A stretch of 64,000 nucleotides of DNA from Roseibacillus sp. (GCA_965242925.1 CBDEUM010000029.1:352001-416000), one strand, 5' to 3'. Counted from the first letter of the stretch, positions 46,903 through 56,843 are shown. Notes: generated by a model not told the origin, from the letters alone. A program made the numbers and translations.

Positions 46903-47847
46903 CTATTTCGACTGCTCCAGCATGCGCACCACGGCTGCTTCAGCTTTGCCTCGAATGTCTTCCAGGATCTCGATCCGGGGTTCCAGATGCTCCAGACAGG
47001 CGTGGAGCTTCTCAAGGGTGTTCATCTTCATGTACTTGCAATCGGAGCAGGCACAGCTGTCGGTGGGGCCAGCAATAAGGTTCTTGTCGGGAGCTTCCTT
47101 GCGCAGACGGTGCAGCATCCCCCCTTCGGTAACCACGATGATGTTCCTGCTTTCGGCGTTCTGGCAGAAGGTCACCATCTTTTCGGTGGAGCACACCTCG
47201 TCGGCGAGCAGGCGCACCGCGGTGGTACATTCCGGGTGGGCCACTGTCACCGCGTCAGGGTAGTCGTCCTTGATTTTCTGTATCGATTCGCGGGTGAATT
47301 CCACGTGGACGTAGCACGAACCTTTCCAGAGATCCATTTTGCGGTCGCAATTCTCCATCACCCATGCGCCGAGGTTTGCATCGGGCACAAAGAGGATGGG
47401 GCGGTCGGCGGGGGCCTGTTCCACAATGCGGACGGCGTTGCCGGAGGTGCAGATCACATCGGAGAGCGCCTTCACTCCTGCCGAGCAGTTGATGTAGGCA
47501 ATGACGTAGTAGTTCCGGTCGGCGTGGTCCTCCAGATACTTCTGAAGGGCAGGTGCGGGGCAGCTTTGCTCCAGGGAACAGCCGGCGTCCCGGTCGGGCA
47601 GGATCACCGTCTTGTCCGGATTGAGGATCTTGGCGGTTTCGGCCATGAAGTGGACTCCGCAGAACGCAATTACTTCCGCATCGGTCTCCTGTGCGTGGTA
47701 GGATAGTCCGAGGGAGTCTCCTACGAAGTCAGCGAGATCCTGAATGGCGCCGATCTGGTAGTTATGCGCGAGGATTACCGCGTTGCGCTCCTTCTTGAGG
47801 CGCAGGATCTCCTCCCTCAGATCGAGCGCAGGGGTAGAGGTGCTCAT
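46903..47847 (-). CDS. nadA: Quinolinate synthase
   Basis: ILAHNYQ, FCGVHFMAETAK, AGCSL, YINCS, CYVH, AHPEC, CKYMKMNT. Confidence 0.96.
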   Translation of the reverse strand: MSTSTPALDLREEILRLKKERNAVILAHNYQIGAIQDLADFVGDSLGLSYHAQETDAEVIAFCGVHFMAETAKILNPDKTVILPDRDAGCSLEQSCPAPALQKYLEDHADRNYYVIAYINCSAGVKALSDVICTSGNAVRIVEQAPADRPILFVPDANLGAWVMENCDRKMDLWKGSCYVHVEFTRESIQKIKDDYPDAVTVAHPECTTAVRLLADEVCSTEKMVTFCQNAESRNIIVVTEGGMLHRLRKEAPDKNLIAGPTDSCACSDCKYMKMNTLEKLHACLEHLEPRIEILEDIRGKAEAAVVRMLEQSK

Positions 47848-47952
47848 GCCGGAGGCTCGCCCATGCCGGCCCCGGGGCAAAGAAGAATTTATCGATGTGG
47901 TCCCGCTTTTCCAGCAGGTCTGCGATGAGATGATTCCTCCAGGCGCCGTTCC

Positions 47953-48999
47953 TTAACGAGGCTCCGGGGTGGCGTCCACAGGACCGCTGGTATCCTGCGA
48001 GGGAAGTTCGATGTCCGCAGTATCGGCGGGTTCATCGAACTTGGCATAGCGCTTCCTGAGTTGTGGTGGTTCGACGTTGCCGGAATGGTGAGCACCTTCC
48101 TCAAGTGAAAGCGAGGTGGCCTGGATGTCACCCTCCAGGATCGAATCCCGCTCGAGGGCGAGTTGTTGCTCGCACACGATATCCCCTCGGACGATGCCAT
48201 CGATGATGACGTCCCTTGCATGCACGGGGTGAGAGAAGGCAACCTTTGAGTGTTCCTGTACGATGAGGCGGCGGCAGCGCACGGTTCCCGTGATGGTTCC
48301 GTCACACAGGATGGTGAGGTTTCCATCGCAGTCGATCCCGCTGCCCTTGAAGACACCTTCGATAGTCAGGTCGTGGCAGTGCACCGAGACGCCATTGATT
48401 CCGCCTTCGTGGTGGATGTGGACATTTCCACGGGTCCGGATGCGCCGGTGGTGCATCGTGCTGATCTCGTGATTGTCGAGCGGTATGGAGGCGGTGCAGC
48501 GCAGACAGATGGTGGAGAACGTCTCTTCCGGAATGCTCTGCGGGAAATCGCACTCAAGGCAGTGGATGTGGCGGTGGCCCTTCCTGGGAACCTCGGGCAG
48601 GAGGCGGGCCAGTCGGGCGATGGCAGGGTGGTCTCCCGTGGTGGTGGTGATGCGCGGAATGCGGGCCTTGGAGGGGAGGGCGGAAGTTCCGGCGTCGTGC
48701 CGGGAGAGGTCGGAGAAGAACTCAAGTTGTTGCTCGCGGGGTGGCCCCGCCTTCTTCTCCTTCTTCAGGCGACGTGCCCGGGTGGTTTCGGGACCTTCCG
48801 TTCGTTGCTCAACCTGGTCGCGGAGAGGGAAGGGATATTCGGCGGGAGGGCGGATTGGCACGGCCTCGCCATTCTCGATCTGGAAGCAGGCACCACAGCC
48901 ACGGTCACGACAGAATGTTGAGCAGGCAAACTGGGGCTCTTCCTGCTCATGACCGCAGACCGGACACGAGAGGAGAAGATTCTTTGGACGTCCAAGCAT
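47953..48999 (-). CDS. Bactofilin (polymer-forming cytoskeletal) protein with two zinc-ribbon regions
   Basis: CPVC..FC....C and CLEC..CLRC clusters followed by beta-helical repeats ending LEGDIQATSLSLEEGAHHSG. Confidence 0.8.
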   Translation of the reverse strand: MLGRPKNLLLSCPVCGHEQEEPQFACSTFCRDRGCGACFQIENGEAVPIRPPAEYPFPLRDQVEQRTEGPETTRARRLKKEKKAGPPREQQLEFFSDLSRHDAGTSALPSKARIPRITTTTGDHPAIARLARLLPEVPRKGHRHIHCLECDFPQSIPEETFSTICLRCTASIPLDNHEISTMHHRRIRTRGNVHIHHEGGINGVSVHCHDLTIEGVFKGSGIDCDGNLTILCDGTITGTVRCRRLIVQEHSKVAFSHPVHARDVIIDGIVRGDIVCEQQLALERDSILEGDIQATSLSLEEGAHHSGNVEPPQLRKRYAKFDEPADTADIELPSQDTSGPVDATPEPR

Positions 49000-49285
49000 G
49001 ATCGCAGGTGAAAGTGGAGTGCATTGCAACCATCATTGGATGGCTGGGCAGGGTCGAGAAAGTTTGTGCTTAACAATCGATCCCAGGTAATGACACCTGT
49101 ATTTTTGTGCGGCTGAATAAGGGAATGGGCCTGAACCGAAGTGACCAAGACTTCTAATAGTTCTTGAGAATCATTTGAGTCTTTTTAAGGATCTGCGAAT
49201 TTGCCGCCCTGTTCTCAGGGTTCCGGTGGACGGAGGGGAGGATCCGCCTTTCGCGCCAGCGCCACGGAGGGCGGTGGTCTCCGCC

Positions 49286-49816
49286 TCAGGCAGCGGGAGC
49301 CTTCGCGCTCTCAGCAAGCACTTCGGCCTTCTTCTCCTCAAGTTTGAGCGTCTGGTTTACCTCCATGGGTTGATTGCGGGGCGTGCCAATGGCTGAGGCA
49401 CCCACGAAGACAGCTCCCGCTTCCATGGAAAGGGCTCCGGCTCTGATGTCGCCAGTCACCTCGGCCAAGGCAAAGATTTCGACCCGGTCGGTGACTGTGA
49501 TGTTGCCTTCCACCCTGCCCTGCACGATGACCGAATCGCACTGGATCTCAGCCTTGATATGGGCCGATTCCCCGATGGTCAGCGAACCCTCCGAAACAAT
49601 CCTGCCCTCGATCTTGCCGTCCACGATGAGATCGCCCTGAAAGCGGACTTCTCCCTCGATCTCGACGTCGCTGCCGAGAACATTGCGCTTGCCTGCGGAA
49701 ATCGCGACGAGTTGATTGGCCTCCGTGCCCGAGGTGGGAGCGGGTTCGACGTGAGGAGCGGAAGGGAGGCCGGAGGCAGCGTCTCCCGTGTTCTTGCTGA
49801 TGATCTTCTCAAACAC
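49286..49816 (-). CDS. Bactofilin (polymer-forming cytoskeletal protein)
   Basis: VEIEGEV..LIVDGKIEG..LTIGESA..VTGDIRAGALSMEAGAVFVG. Confidence 0.92.
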   Translation of the reverse strand: MFEKIISKNTGDAASGLPSAPHVEPAPTSGTEANQLVAISAGKRNVLGSDVEIEGEVRFQGDLIVDGKIEGRIVSEGSLTIGESAHIKAEIQCDSVIVQGRVEGNITVTDRVEIFALAEVTGDIRAGALSMEAGAVFVGASAIGTPRNQPMEVNQTLKLEEKKAEVLAESAKAPAA

Positions 49817-49956
49817 GATTATTCAATAAGTCAGAACCTTCTGGGTATGTCAAATTTTGTTGGCGCCACAACTGTGAGGAGATGTGAACAAGCCGCCGCG
49901 GGGGCCATCGAGTGCCAATCAATCGTCCGGACGGGGACGAACCGGCCACGCTTCTT

Positions 49957-51114
49957 TCAAGGATGAAGGGAGGAAAATCCTGGAATGGATTCGGCTAGGG
50001 TGTCCCCGGAGTGGGCGCAGGTGCGGGTTCCGGAGCGGGCGCAGGTGCGGGTTCCGGAGCGGGCGCAGGTGCGGGTTCCGGAGCGGGCGCAGGTGCGGGT
50101 TCCGGAGCGGGCGCAGGTGCGGGTTCCGGAGCGGGCGCAGGTGCGGGTTCCGGAGTGGGCGCAGGTGCGGGTTCCGGGCGCAGGTGCGGGTTCCGGAGCG
50201 GGCGCAGGTGCGGGTTCCGGAGCGGGCACAGGTGCGGGTTCCGGAGCGGGCGCAGGTGCGGGTTCCGGAGCGGGCGCAGGTGCGGGTTCTGGAGCGGGCA
50301 CAGGTGCGGGTTCCGGAGTGGGAGCAGGATCGTTGGGAGTGTTCAGGCTGTCCGGAGCGTCAGCAGCAAGAAATGGAACATCGATATTGGGCGGCGGTGG
50401 TTTGGGTCGCGGGACGGTGGCGGGGAGCGCGACTCCGAGGGTTTCAAGACGAGCTTCTGCCAGGCGTTGGCTCAGGAAGCTGTTCTTGTCGTTCGGGTTG
50501 TTCGCCTGCTCCAGCGTTTCGCGAGCATCTTCCAGGTTGCCGGCCTTGCGTTCGTAGTCGCTGATCCGGATGAGGGCGAGCGGAGCGATGTAGGCCGCTT
50601 TTGGATCGGCAGCAAGTTCCCGGAGCAGGGTGAGGCCTTTTTCATCCTCGCCCTCTTCCAGGAGGAAGGAGGCCAATACCATGCGGGCACCTGGCTGGGC
50701 CGGGTGATCCGGAGCGTCGGCGATGAAGTTGCGCAGGTTTTTCTTGGCATCCTCGCTTTCGCCCTCTTCCCAGAGCGACCGGGCCAGCTGTAGCTGGGCG
50801 GTTCCCGCTGCCGGCGTCCCGGGGTAGTCGTTCAGAACATGGCGGAAATCTTCCGGATCTCTGGACGCAACGAGGGCTTCCCCGGCGGTGACGGCCTTCT
50901 TCTGTTTCAGGCCGTCAACAATGATGTAAGCCGAAACGCCAGTGATGAGCAGCAGGACGACGACGATCAGCTTCTTTTGATTGGCGTCGAGGAACTGTTC
51001 GAACTTGGAGGGTCCCTGTTCAATTTCGCCGAGGGGGGCGGGATGATCGGACCCCTCCACCTGTCCGGGGAGGTTCGATGTTCCTTTGTCTTCTGACTTC
51101 TTTTTCTCAGCCAT
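49957..51114 (-). CDS. Membrane-anchored TPR protein (YfgM-like) with Pro/Ala repeat tail; tail frameshifted, native stop probably at 49995
   Basis: EQFLDANQKKL plus TM, YPGTPAA, TPR helices, (PAPAPAPE)n. Confidence 0.75.
   Translation of the reverse strand: MAEKKKSEDKGTSNLPGQVEGSDHPAPLGEIEQGPSKFEQFLDANQKKLIVVVLLLITGVSAYIIVDGLKQKKAVTAGEALVASRDPEDFRHVLNDYPGTPAAGTAQLQLARSLWEEGESEDAKKNLRNFIADAPDHPAQPGARMVLASFLLEEGEDEKGLTLLRELAADPKAAYIAPLALIRISDYERKAGNLEDARETLEQANNPNDKNSFLSQRLAEARLETLGVALPATVPRPKPPPPNIDVPFLAADAPDSLNTPNDPAPTPEPAPVPAPEPAPAPAPEPAPAPAPEPAPVPAPEPAPAPAPEPAPAPGTRTCAHSGTRTCARSGTRTCARSGTRTCARSGTRTCARSGTRTCARSGTRTCAHSGDTLAESIPGFSSLHP
50005..50327. repeat. 24-bp tandem repeat, about 13 units, one unit shortened by 5 nt
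   Basis: Unit GCAGGTGCGGGTTCCGGAGCGGGC; the unit at 50161-50179 is 19 nt. Confidence 0.95.
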
Positions 51115-51220
51115 GGATCAGCGGGGAAGTGTGCGTAGCGCGGGAGGGGCAGTGAATCAAGCCCTTGTGGCGGATTTCAGAGTTGTCGGGGCGGCGGACC
51201 CGGGTAGGTTCGCCCCGCAG

Positions 51221-52366
51221 ATGGCCCAGAAGCTCTATTTTGTGGCTGGAGAACACAGTGGCGATACCCGCGGAGCTGAACTGATGGAGGCGATACGGGC
51301 CGTGCGCCCGGATTGGCAATTCTGTGGCCTGGGAGGGCCGAAAATGCGGCGTCTGGGAGGTTCCAGCCTGGTTGACTGGGTGGAGGAAGCCGCGGTGGTG
51401 GGCTTCTGGGAGGTCCTCAAGCGCTATTGGTGGTTCAAGGGGCGCTTCGATGCAACCCACCGGGAAATCGAAAATCTGCACCCCGACGCGGTGATCTTCG
51501 TCGATTATCCCGGCTTTAACCTGCGGTTGGCGCGGTCCCTGCACGAGGGCGCGGAACCTGCACGGCTGATCAACTACATCAGCCCCCAGGTCTGGGCCTG
51601 GAAGAAGGATCGTATCCAAGGCATGGCGGAATGGCTCGATCTGATGCTCTGTCTCTTTCCGTTTGAGAAGGAGATATTCGAGAGTGCCGGCCTGCCCACC
51701 ATCTGCATGGGCCATCCCATGGTGGATCAGCTGGAAGCAGGGCGGATTGAGGCTCGACGCGAGGAGAACCTGGTGGGGCTCTTTCCCGGTAGCCGCAAGA
51801 ATGAGATCTCGCGGATTTTCCCCACCATGGTTGAGGTAGTCGCCTACCTGCATGAGAAATTTCCGGCGTGGAGGTTCGAAGCGTCGGCGGCTTCACAGCT
51901 TATGGAGAACCAGATGCGGTCCATTCTGGATGCTCACCCGGTGAAGCAGCTGCCCCTCGAAATTGTGCAGGGGCGGAGCCATGAGCTGATGCAGCGTGCC
52001 TGGAGCGGGGTGGTGACCAGCGGCACGGCCACGTTGGAGGCGTCCTACTACGGGTTGCCCTATTGCCTGGTCTACAAGGTGGCCTGGCTGACCTATCTGG
52101 CGGGACGTGCGGTGGTAGATATCGAGCACCTGGGGCTGGCCAATATTCTGGCTGGCCGCGAAATTGTACACGAGTTCATCCAGCACGAAGCCAACGCGGC
52201 CAATATCTCATCCTTTCTTGAGAGCGTGATGACCGACGAGCTGCGGTGGAGGGAACTTGAGCGCAATCTGCTGGGCGCGGCAGCCAGGCTGGGCGGCGGA
52301 GGAGCAGCGAAGATTGCCGCCCGGGCCATTGTGGACCTGTTGGAGGAACAGAGTGATGGCGCCTGA
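51221..52366 (+). CDS. lpxB: Lipid-A-disaccharide synthase
   Basis: VAGEHSGD, VDYPGFN, YISPQVWAW, LFPFE, GHP, PGSR, SGTATLE. Confidence 0.95.
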   Translation: MAQKLYFVAGEHSGDTRGAELMEAIRAVRPDWQFCGLGGPKMRRLGGSSLVDWVEEAAVVGFWEVLKRYWWFKGRFDATHREIENLHPDAVIFVDYPGFNLRLARSLHEGAEPARLINYISPQVWAWKKDRIQGMAEWLDLMLCLFPFEKEIFESAGLPTICMGHPMVDQLEAGRIEARREENLVGLFPGSRKNEISRIFPTMVEVVAYLHEKFPAWRFEASAASQLMENQMRSILDAHPVKQLPLEIVQGRSHELMQRAWSGVVTSGTATLEASYYGLPYCLVYKVAWLTYLAGRAVVDIEHLGLANILAGREIVHEFIQHEANAANISSFLESVMTDELRWRELERNLLGAAARLGGGGAAKIAARAIVDLLEEQSDGA

Positions 52367-53099
52367 CTACGGGGACGGGATTCCTGAAGAGCGATCCAGG
52401 CCGAACCCGGTCTGGAAGATCGCGATGGTGAGCGCGCCCGCCTTTCTCCTTCTTTCCACCGCCTGGGCCCTCTGGATCTGGTGGAAGAAATCGCAGGATG
52501 ATTCGGTTGATCCGCGCCTTGCGCTGGTCTCTGTCGCTGCCGAGGTGGAGGAACTGGAGGACAGCTTGCACAAGCTCTCCCAGGTTCTCGGACCCCGCGA
52601 TTGGGAGTCGGTGGAGGGCCGCATCAACATGCGCCGGGCCATCGCCTTCATCGACGGCACTCTCAGCCCCCGCAACTACGGATTCGCAGTGCGGAAAGGG
52701 GAGCAATTGGCTCATGCGGGCGAACGATGGCCGACGGTCTGGGTCGATCTGGTCGGAGTGGGCGATCCAATGCGGATCCTGCTCGTCAACGCAGCCTACG
52801 ACCGGAGCGACGCGGCGATTGCCCTGGTTCTCGCGGTAGCGCGGGATCTGCGGGACGAGGAATTCGGCCCCACTATCCGGTTCGTGTTCCATCCTGCACA
52901 GCTCTACCGTGGACAGGCAGAGGAGAAGTTGCTCCCCGAGATTCTGGGCAAGAATGAGCTGCACAGCGTCACCCTCGTTCCGGAGGGGCCCGGCGGGGGC
53001 ACCGGCTCAGCTCCGCGGGGACCGTGGAGTGGCGCGCAACTCAAGCCCCTTGCCGATGCCTTTGCCCAGCGGGTGCGGGAGAGCGCGAGCGTCCGCTGA
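52356..53099 (+). CDS. Hypothetical membrane-anchored protein, degenerate M28-peptidase-like
   Basis: N-terminal TM; LGPR, ILLVNAAYD, TIRFVF echo M28 scaffold motifs; overlaps lpxB by 11 nt. Confidence 0.5.
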   Translation: MAPDYGDGIPEERSRPNPVWKIAMVSAPAFLLLSTAWALWIWWKKSQDDSVDPRLALVSVAAEVEELEDSLHKLSQVLGPRDWESVEGRINMRRAIAFIDGTLSPRNYGFAVRKGEQLAHAGERWPTVWVDLVGVGDPMRILLVNAAYDRSDAAIALVLAVARDLRDEEFGPTIRFVFHPAQLYRGQAEEKLLPEILGKNELHSVTLVPEGPGGGTGSAPRGPWSGAQLKPLADAFAQRVRESASVR

Positions 53100-53177
53100 G
53101 GCCTGACCCGGTGGCTGAGAAATGCCTTGATGCGGAGGAGGTCCCCGCGTATTTCTCCCGCCCCGAAGACTGATTTA

Positions 53178-53250
53178 GGGGCATTAGCTCAGTTGGTAGA
53201 GCGCTTCAATGGCATTGAAGAGGTCAACGGTTCGATTCCGTTATGCTCCA
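53178..53250 (+). tRNA. tRNA-Ala (GGC)
   Basis: GGGGCAT/ATGCTCC acceptor with G3-U70, anticodon arm CTTCA-ATGGCAT-TGAAG, GGTTCGATTCC; CCA tail not encoded. Confidence 0.97.
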
Positions 53251-53371
53251 GTCTTCGTTCGACCTGAGAGGAGGCCAATAAAGGGGCGATACGAAAACGG
53301 GCCATGGCCTGCCGGTGCGCCTCTTCCTTTCACGACTGGGTATCCAGACACCACTTCTGACATGATCAAGC

Positions 53372-53725
53372 ATGCCTGTTGAAGGACAAGAACTTGCGGT
53401 AACCTGCGCCAGGGCCGCTGAAAAAATTCTGGCGGAGGATATCCGGATTCTCGATCTGCAGGGGATCTCCACCCTGACGGACTTCATGGTGATCTGTTCC
53501 GGCACCTCCATGCCGCACCTCAAGGCGATCCTGCGGGAAGTAGAGGCCAGGGTGCACGAATGGACGGAGGTCAGGCCGCTTTATGCGGAAGGTCGGGCCG
53601 ACAGCCGTTGGGTGGTTCTCGATTACGTCGATGTAATGGTTCACATCATGCATCAGGAGATGCGCGATCTCTACAGATTGGAAGATCTCTGGGGTGATGC
53701 CGGGGTGGTGCAGTGGGAAAGCTGA
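53372..53725 (+). CDS. rsfS: Ribosome silencing factor
   Basis: AEDIRILDL, TDFMVICSG, WVVLDYVDVMVHIM, YRLEDLW. Confidence 0.93.
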   Translation: MPVEGQELAVTCARAAEKILAEDIRILDLQGISTLTDFMVICSGTSMPHLKAILREVEARVHEWTEVRPLYAEGRADSRWVVLDYVDVMVHIMHQEMRDLYRLEDLWGDAGVVQWES

Positions 53726-53806
53726 GGGAGGATCGCAGATTGCAAATGTGCCTTCCATGAGATTTGAGATTTGATATCTGAAATGGGGGACTGGATGGTT
53801 GTCCCC

Positions 53807-55039
53807 GTGCGTATCGAACTGCTGACCACTGGAACGGAATTGCTCCTCGGGACCACTCGAGATAGGCATGGAGCGTGGGTGGGTCAGCGACTTCTGGGAC
53901 TGGGTCTTCGGATTGCCCGGCAGGTGACCGTGCCTGATGGGCAGGCCGTGGGTAAGGCCATGCGGACCGGTCTGGAGGAGGGGGAGGTCCTGATTGTGAC
54001 CGGAGGACTTGGGCCTACCAGCGATGATCTCACCCGTGAGTCGCTCGCGGAGGTGCTTGGGCTGGAGATGATCGAAGATAAGGCGACCTTGCGCACCATC
54101 GAGGAATTCTTTGCCAGTCGCCGGCGGGTGATGGCGGAAGCCAATCGCAAGCAGGCCCTGGTGCCGGTGGGGGCGGACATTCTCGCCAATCCCAACGGGA
54201 CGGCTCCGGGGCTCTATCTGGCTCCCGGGTTGAGCGGTAGGTGTAACTGTGCGGTATTTCTTCTGCCAGGGCCGCCGCGCGAGCTGTATCCGATGTTCGA
54301 GGCGGAGGTTGTCCCGCGTCTGCGGGCCCTCAGCGGAATCGAAGAGGGGCCTGACTGCGTGGAGCTGAAGTTCGTCGGAATCGGGGAGAGCGATTTTCAC
54401 CAGGGAGTGGATGAACAGTTGGAGTCCATCGGGGGACTGGAGCACGGCTACTGCGCGCGTCCGGGAGAAGTGGACCTGCGACTCATCGGGACCCCGGACG
54501 TCGTGAGGGAAGGGCGGTTGGTGGCGGAGACGGCCTTTGCCCACGAACTGGTGAGCGATGATGGCGCCAGCCTGGAAGAAGTGGTGGTGCGGCTCTTGAC
54601 CGGGCAGGGGATGACCGTGGCGGTTGCGGAGAGTTGTACGGGGGGACTCATTGCATCCCGGATCACCGACGTTTCAGGTTCCTCGGAAGTGTTCCGCTAC
54701 GGTTTCGTGACCTACGCCAATGAGGCAAAGTGTGATCTGATCGGGGTGGACCGGGAGGATCTGCTGGAACACGGTGCGGTGAGCGAACCGGTGGCCTGCC
54801 AGATGGCGGAGGGAGCTCTCCGGGTTGGCAAGGCGGACATGGCGGTGGCAGTGACCGGTATCGCGGGGCCGACCGGGGGGAGCGAAGGGAAGCCGGTGGG
54901 GACGGTCTTCCTGGGCCTGGCGGTAAGGGGGGGCGAGACCCGGGTGGTCAAGCAATTCCACCCCTGGGGCCGCGATGTCTTCAAGCGCCAGGTAAGCCAG
55001 TCCGCCTTGAATCTGGTCCGGCAGGCGCTGGTGGGATAA
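53807..55039 (+). CDS. cinA: CinA family protein (MoCF-like domain plus NMN deamidase PncC domain)
   Basis: GTELLLG, TGGLGPTSDDLT, GTAPG, LPGPPRE, AESCTGG, GAVSE, TGIAGP. Confidence 0.93.
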   Translation: MRIELLTTGTELLLGTTRDRHGAWVGQRLLGLGLRIARQVTVPDGQAVGKAMRTGLEEGEVLIVTGGLGPTSDDLTRESLAEVLGLEMIEDKATLRTIEEFFASRRRVMAEANRKQALVPVGADILANPNGTAPGLYLAPGLSGRCNCAVFLLPGPPRELYPMFEAEVVPRLRALSGIEEGPDCVELKFVGIGESDFHQGVDEQLESIGGLEHGYCARPGEVDLRLIGTPDVVREGRLVAETAFAHELVSDDGASLEEVVVRLLTGQGMTVAVAESCTGGLIASRITDVSGSSEVFRYGFVTYANEAKCDLIGVDREDLLEHGAVSEPVACQMAEGALRVGKADMAVAVTGIAGPTGGSEGKPVGTVFLGLAVRGGETRVVKQFHPWGRDVFKRQVSQSALNLVRQALVG

Positions 55040-55056
55040 AGGGGAGAACCCTCTCG

Positions 55057-55518
55057 CTATCCGTGATACCGCCGGACTTCGAACTCCGGATATTTCTCGA
55101 CTACTTCGTAGCCGGGAAACTGATCTTCGAATTCCGGAAAAAGCGTGTCGCCCTCATGTGGTTCGTGGACCCATGAGACGAGCAGATGATCAAGGCGGGG
55201 AAGGAAAAGGGTGTAGATTTCCGCCCCTCCCATGATGAAGACGGTGGGGGTCTGGAGCTGGAGGGAAGCGAGCTCCTCGGGAGAGTGAATCACCTCCACG
55301 CCTTCTGCGGACCAGGAGTGGTCGCGGGTGACTACGATGTTTTGCCGGTCTGGTAGGGGCCGACCGATCGAGTCGAAGGTCTTACGTCCCATCACCACCG
55401 GGTGGCCGCTGGTGGTGCGCTTGAAAAACCTGAGATCCTCCGGGAAGTGCCAGGGAAGTCTGTTGTCCCGGCCGATGATCCGCTCCGGAGTCATGGCAAC
55501 GATAGCGGTAAGGGTCAT
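55057..55518 (-). CDS. folA: Dihydrofolate reductase
   Basis: [47 protein letters not shown]. Confidence 0.96.
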   Translation of the reverse strand: MTLTAIVAMTPERIIGRDNRLPWHFPEDLRFFKRTTSGHPVVMGRKTFDSIGRPLPDRQNIVVTRDHSWSAEGVEVIHSPEELASLQLQTPTVFIMGGAEIYTLFLPRLDHLLVSWVHEPHEGDTLFPEFEDQFPGYEVVEKYPEFEVRRYHG

Positions 55519-56324
55519 ACCGAGACCTCCGCCTTGATATGGGGATGCGGATCGTAGTCCTGGAGAGAGAAATCCTCGAAACGAAATCCGTCAATTTCGC
55601 GGACCTCCGGGTTGATCCGCATGCTGGGAAGGGGACGGGGTTCGCGGGTGAGTTGCAGTTCGGCCTGCTCAAGGTGGTTCGAGTAGAGATGCATGTCTCC
55701 GAAGGAGTGCACGAAGTCGCGGGGCTCGTAGCCGAGAACCTGGGCGATCATCATGGTGAAAAGGGAGTAACTCGCGATGTTGAAGGGGACTCCGAGGAAG
55801 AGGTCGGCACTGCGCTGGTAGAGCTGGCACGAGAGCCCGGGACGCCCTCCTTGCGGTTCGTGCACGTAGAACTGGAAAAGGAGGTGGCAGGGCGGGAGGG
55901 CCATCTGGTCAACCTTTCCCACGTTCCAGGCCGAGACGATGTGACGGCGGGAGTGCGGCTTGTTCTTGAGGTCGTCGAGGAGGCGTGAGATCTGGTCGAT
56001 GGGGCTGCCGTCTTCGGTCTGCCAGGCCCGCCACTGCTGTCCGTAGACCGGCCCGAGATCTCCGTTCTCATCGGCCCATTCGTCCCAGATGCGCACCTTG
56101 TTTTCCTGCAGGTAGCGGATGTTGGTCTCGCCCATCAGGAACCAGAGGAGTTCATGGATGATGGAGCGCAGGTGGAGCTTCTTGGTGGTGAGGCAGGGGA
56201 ATCCCTCACGCAGGTCAAAACGCGCCTGACGACCGAAGACCGAGCGGGTGCCGGTGCCGGTGCGGTCGGCGCGCTCTTCGCCGTTCTTGAGAACATCACG
56301 GAGCAGGTCCAGATATTGCCGCAC
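55515..56324 (-). CDS. thyA: Thymidylate synthase
   Basis: DRTGTGT, IWDEWA, GPVYG, MALPPCH, YQRSAD, PFNIASY. Confidence 0.97.
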   Translation of the reverse strand: MRQYLDLLRDVLKNGEERADRTGTGTRSVFGRQARFDLREGFPCLTTKKLHLRSIIHELLWFLMGETNIRYLQENKVRIWDEWADENGDLGPVYGQQWRAWQTEDGSPIDQISRLLDDLKNKPHSRRHIVSAWNVGKVDQMALPPCHLLFQFYVHEPQGGRPGLSCQLYQRSADLFLGVPFNIASYSLFTMMIAQVLGYEPRDFVHSFGDMHLYSNHLEQAELQLTREPRPLPSMRINPEVREIDGFRFEDFSLQDYDPHPHIKAEVSV

Positions 56325-56438
56325 GCAATAACCTTAACCAAGAATGGGGCGAAAGACGCGAAAAAAATCCAGGATGGGAGCAACTTTACGGATGATGGGG
56401 ACTGACGCTGTGGCGGGGCTTTGCTCCGTGCTGCGCCG

Positions 56439-56843
56439 CTAGTCGTCAGTGCGAGGCTTTCTCCGGAACTCCTTTTTCTGTCCGTGCTGCCGCTTGAGAC
56501 CGACCTCCCGTTGGCGTTGCCGGCGGGAGCGCCGGCGTTTCTGGCGGCGGATTTTCTCGATGCGCTGACGGCGTTCGGATTTGCGGCCCTGTTCAATCTC
56601 CTCGATGCGATCGCACAGCTCCCGGCGGACAAAAAAGCGGTTCATCTCGCGCGAGCGCTGGGTCTGGCACTTGATTTCGATCCCGCTCGGCCGGTGGTGG
56701 AGGTAGACGCAGGAGCTGGTCTTGTTGATTTTCTGTCCGCCGTGCCCCGTTCCCCTGATGAATCGCTCAATGAGATCGTCTTCCAGGATTCCGAGCTCCG
56801 CCATGCGGCGTTTCATGGCGGCACGTTTGTCCTGTCCGATCAT
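56439..56843 (-). CDS. Codon-independent peptide release factor-like protein (RF-1 GGQ domain)
   Basis: FIRGTGHGGQKINKTSSCV, CQTQRSREMNR, highly basic C-terminal tail. Confidence 0.88.
   Translation of the reverse strand: MIGQDKRAAMKRRMAELGILEDDLIERFIRGTGHGGQKINKTSSCVYLHHRPSGIEIKCQTQRSREMNRFFVRRELCDRIEEIEQGRKSERRQRIEKIRRQKRRRSRRQRQREVGLKRQHGQKKEFRRKPRTDD

Noticed and set aside
49884..50793. Silk-like GAGAGS and other plus-strand repeat ORFs
   Set aside because: Antisense to the Pro/Ala tail of the TPR gene; no independent start context or domain
53178..53370. Integration site at tRNA-Ala
   Set aside because: Followed directly by rsfS; no integrase or duplicated tRNA end seen
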